A stretch of 64,000 nt of DNA. Source: an uncultured Candidatus Binatia bacterium (GTDB taxonomy: Bacteria; Desulfobacterota; Binatia; UBA9968; JAJDTQ01). Below are positions 61,005 through 64,000 of this stretch, piece after piece. The notes under the pieces are model-generated. The model was not told the DNA's origin. It ran no database searches and worked only from the letters and a program-made list of their open reading frames with translations. The stretch spans positions 3,584,001 through 3,648,000 of the forward strand of contig OZ251459.1 of the NCBI GenBank assembly GCA_965242525.1, written 5' to 3'. The number at the start of each line of letters is the position of its first letter. Position 1 is the stretch's first letter. A program made the translations under genes and the position numbers.

Positions 61005-62090
61005 ATGAAGAAGCCGTTGATGGTGACGAGTCTGCTGGCGTGCCTGTCGTTGCTGGCCGGGTCCGCGGGCCTTGCGGCCATGGACGACATGCGCGCCAGG
61101 ATGATCGAGAAGGCCAAAAAGGAAGGCGTCTTCGTGGTGGCCGGCAGCAACGCCGCGGAGTTCCGGGACAAGCTCGAGGGGTTCCGCAAGAAATACCCCT
61201 GGCTCCAGGTCAAGGCGTTCGACGCCAACACCTCGGCCACCATCAACCGGGTGGTGACCGAAGCCAAGGCGGGGAAGCTCACCATCGACATGGTGGGCGT
61301 GGACGAGAGCGGCACCGAGTCCCTGGCCCAGAAGGGGCTGCTCGAGGGGTACGACTACCCCCACATGAAGGACATGATCGCCAACACCCAGCCCAGCCAC
61401 GGCCAGTACGTGGACGCGTTCATGAACCCCCGGGTGCAGGGCATCTACAACACCGACCTGGTGTCCCCCAAGGACGCCCCCCGGAGTTGGGACGACATGA
61501 AGTCGGCCAAGTGGAAGGGGCTGACCCTGCTGTCGCGGTCGAGCGAGGAGTTCCCCTCCCGGCTGGCGTGGCTGTGGGGCAGCACCGACGCCCTCGAATG
61601 GGAGAAGAGCTTCGAGTTCTTCACCGAGATGGTCCGGAACCAGAAACCGGCCATCGGGCGCGGCTATGCCGGAGGGACCAAGCGCGTGGCCGCGGGCGAT
61701 GTGGGCATCTTCTGGTTCCCCGCCCTGGGCACCTACTCGAAGCTCAAGTCCAAGGGCGCTCCCGTGGAGATGATCGCGTTCCCGAAGTTCCCCATGACGT
61801 TCCGCTCCTTCGCCATCATGAAGGACGCGCCCAACCCCGCGGGCTCCTGGCTCCTGATCGACTACCTCATGTCGCCCGAGGGCCAGTGGGAGTACACCGA
61901 CGTGGTGAGCGCCAAGGTGGTGGTGAACCGGAACGCCAAGTCCGGCAAGCTGGCCAAGGTGCTGGTGGAAGGCGGCGCCACCGAGAAGAACGCCGCGCTG
62001 GTGGACCCGGCCACCGCGGCGAAGATCTACACGCCGGCGGTGCTGAAGAAGTCCGAGGACTTCTTCTTCCGGCTGCTGGGGATCAAGTAG
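61005..62090 (+). CDS. ABC transporter substrate-binding protein (AfuA/FbpA-like clade)
   Basis: Signal peptide; AKKEG, YNTDLV, APRSWDD, APNPA; AAGGAGG RBS. Confidence 0.85.
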   Translation: MKKPLMVTSLLACLSLLAGSAGLAAMDDMRARMIEKAKKEGVFVVAGSNAAEFRDKLEGFRKKYPWLQVKAFDANTSATINRVVTEAKAGKLTIDMVGVDESGTESLAQKGLLEGYDYPHMKDMIANTQPSHGQYVDAFMNPRVQGIYNTDLVSPKDAPRSWDDMKSAKWKGLTLLSRSSEEFPSRLAWLWGSTDALEWEKSFEFFTEMVRNQKPAIGRGYAGGTKRVAAGDVGIFWFPALGTYSKLKSKGAPVEMIAFPKFPMTFRSFAIMKDAPNPAGSWLLIDYLMSPEGQWEYTDVVSAKVVVNRNAKSGKLAKVLVEGGATEKNAALVDPATAAKIYTPAVLKKSEDFFFRLLGIK

Positions 62091-62152
62091 CGGACCGCCT
62101 CCCGGCGCTCGCGCCCGAGCGGCAGGAGCGCTGACGGCAGGCGGGTCGAACC

Positions 62153-63901
62153 GTGAGCAGCGTCGCAGCCACGCACGACGGCAGGGCCCCGCGGGGCCCT
62201 GCCGTGGACTTCCGGCTGGTGGCCTTCTGGAGCATCGCCGCGGTGGTCGGGGTGCTGGTGGTGGCGCCCCTGGGCCTGCTGGTGGTCAACAGCTTCCGCA
62301 GCGTCTCGGTGGGCGACCTGGAGTTCAGCCTGAAAGGGCTGACCCTGCACAACTACGTGGAGGCCTACAGCAGCCCGGCCACGTTCCGGATGCTGCTCAA
62401 CTCCCTGTGGTTCGCGGTGGGGTCCATGGTCCTGGCCATGGGCATGGGGGGCGTGCTGGCGTTCCTCTCGGAACGCACGGACCTGCGCTGGCGCCGCGCC
62501 ATCCCGCTGATGGTGATGATCCCGCTCATCATGCCCTCCGTCGTCAAGGGCATCGCGTGGATCTTCCTGCTCTCGCCCCGCATCGGGGTCATCAACCAGG
62601 CGGGCCGGTGGCTGGGCCTGGACGGCCCCATCCTGAGCGCCTACTCGCTCCCGGCCATGATCTGGGTCGAGGGCGTGAGCATGAGCCCGCTGGCCTTCCT
62701 GCTCATCGCGGGCACCATCCGCCGCATGGACCCGTCCCTGGAGGAAGCCGCCCTGGGCAGCGGCGCCTCCACCTGGAGCACGTTCTCCAAGGTGCTGCTG
62801 CCGTTGCTCAAGCCCGGCCTGGCGGGGGTGGCGATCCTGCTGTTCGTGCGCGGCATCGAAGCCTTCGAGATCCCCATGCTGCTGGGGTTCAGCTCGGGCA
62901 TCTTCGTGTTCAGCACCACCATCTACTACTCCATACGCGGCGCCTTCCCGCCCGACTACGGCCTGGGGTTCGCCTACAGCATGACGCTGGTGGTGGTCAC
63001 CCTGTGCGCCATCCTGCTCTACCAGCGCCAGCTCATGCACTCCGAGCGTTATACGGTGGTGGTGGGCAAGGGCTACCGGCCGCGGGTGGTGTCCCTGGGC
63101 GGATGGACTTGGCCCGCGTGGGGGTTCGTGGGCTTCTATCTGGTGTTCGCCGCGGTGCTGCCGCTGCTGATCCTCGTGTGGAGCTCGCTGCTGCCGTACT
63201 ACCGGCCCCCTTCCCTGCAGGCGCTCTCGGCCGTCAGCCTGGAGAACTACCGGGAACTGTTCGCCTCCCCCGCCCTCGCCAACGTGGCCGGCAACACGAT
63301 GCTGCTGGGAGGCATCAGCAGCGTGGCCATCATGTTCCTGGCCATCCTGTGCTCGTGGTTCGTGTACCGCACGCGCATCGCCGGCCGGAAGGTGCTGGAC
63401 GTGGTGGTGTTCCTGCCCTACGCCGTCTCCGGCATGGTCATCGGCGTGGCCTTCCTGGTGGTCTTCCTGTCGTTCCCCAACCCGCTGTACAACACCATAT
63501 GGATCATCGTGCTGGCCTACGTGGTCAACTACCTGCCCATCGGCACCCGCTTCACCAACGCCGCGGTGGTGCAGGTGCACAAGGAGCTGGAGGAGGCCGC
63601 CTGGGGCAGCGGCGCGGGTTTCTGGACCACGCTGCGGTTCGTGTGGTTCCCGCTGCTGCTCCCGGCGCTGGTGAACGGCTTCCTGTTCGTCCTGATCCTG
63701 AGCTTCAAGGTCATGTCCATCGCCATGTTGCTGCGCGGACCCGACAGCATGGTGCTGTCGGTCTATCTGTGGCACCTGTGGGACACCGGCAACCCGGGCA
63801 CGTCCTCGGCCCTCTCGGTGCTGTTGATCGTGGTGGTCACGGCCCTGAGCGTGCTGGCCCGGCGCCTGGGGGGCAGCGTGGCCGGAGGACGCGAGCTGTA
63901 G
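62153..63901 (+). CDS. ABC transporter permease (FbpB-like, duplicated domain)
   Basis: Two EAA motifs (LEEAALGSGA, LEEAAWGSGA). Confidence 0.88.
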   Translation: MSSVAATHDGRAPRGPAVDFRLVAFWSIAAVVGVLVVAPLGLLVVNSFRSVSVGDLEFSLKGLTLHNYVEAYSSPATFRMLLNSLWFAVGSMVLAMGMGGVLAFLSERTDLRWRRAIPLMVMIPLIMPSVVKGIAWIFLLSPRIGVINQAGRWLGLDGPILSAYSLPAMIWVEGVSMSPLAFLLIAGTIRRMDPSLEEAALGSGASTWSTFSKVLLPLLKPGLAGVAILLFVRGIEAFEIPMLLGFSSGIFVFSTTIYYSIRGAFPPDYGLGFAYSMTLVVVTLCAILLYQRQLMHSERYTVVVGKGYRPRVVSLGGWTWPAWGFVGFYLVFAAVLPLLILVWSSLLPYYRPPSLQALSAVSLENYRELFASPALANVAGNTMLLGGISSVAIMFLAILCSWFVYRTRIAGRKVLDVVVFLPYAVSGMVIGVAFLVVFLSFPNPLYNTIWIIVLAYVVNYLPIGTRFTNAAVVQVHKELEEAAWGSGAGFWTTLRFVWFPLLLPALVNGFLFVLILSFKVMSIAMLLRGPDSMVLSVYLWHLWDTGNPGTSSALSVLLIVVVTALSVLARRLGGSVAGGREL

Positions 63902-63932
63902 CCCCCCGGCGGCTCGGCCAGGGACCCTGCGG

Positions 63933-64000
63933 ATGATACGAGTCAGCAGTCTCGAAAAGGTCTATGAAACCGCGGAGCGGGAGCGCGTCCGGGCGCTGGC
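63933..64000 (+). CDS. ABC transporter ATP-binding protein (5' part, runs off window edge)
   Basis: MIRVSSLEKVYETAERERVRAL. Confidence 0.65.
   Translation, partial: MIRVSSLEKVYETAERERVRAL

Overview
GC-rich bacterial chromosomal window. Its aromatic-catabolism-heavy content (Rieske oxygenases, amidohydrolases, a Bug/TctC receptor, UbiD) resembles uncultured deltaproteobacterial/Binatia-type genomes; this is inference only. Core loci are accB-accC, recQ, avtA, selA-selB-selD, trmJ, a TRAP transporter and pstSCAB with a Pho-box-like array. SelD is itself a selenoprotein, with an in-frame UGA and a SECIS-like hairpin. Between these sit small accessory cassettes: two toxin-antitoxin pairs, an AAA+/DUF4143 ATPase, an orphan Dam-like methylase, a type II R-M pair, and a WYL -> Tat-signal HIRAN -> membrane-anchored protein module. 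Intergenic space holds two families of non-autonomous elements. Family B has IS5-like TIRs (GGAACCTCTGAACAATC), 4-bp target duplications in two copies, and carries a CGTC-type palindrome. Family A has GGCTCTTC..GTGGG ends and carries inverted dRS3/CGTC-type REPs around a fragment of a GIY-YIG nuclease gene. Family A repeatedly sits exactly at breakpoints of truncated genes (arsC without its P-loop, and stubs resembling an endonuclease, a dCTP deaminase and an ATPase), suggesting repeat-driven gain and loss of accessory cassettes. All calls come from reading the sequence; no database searches were run.
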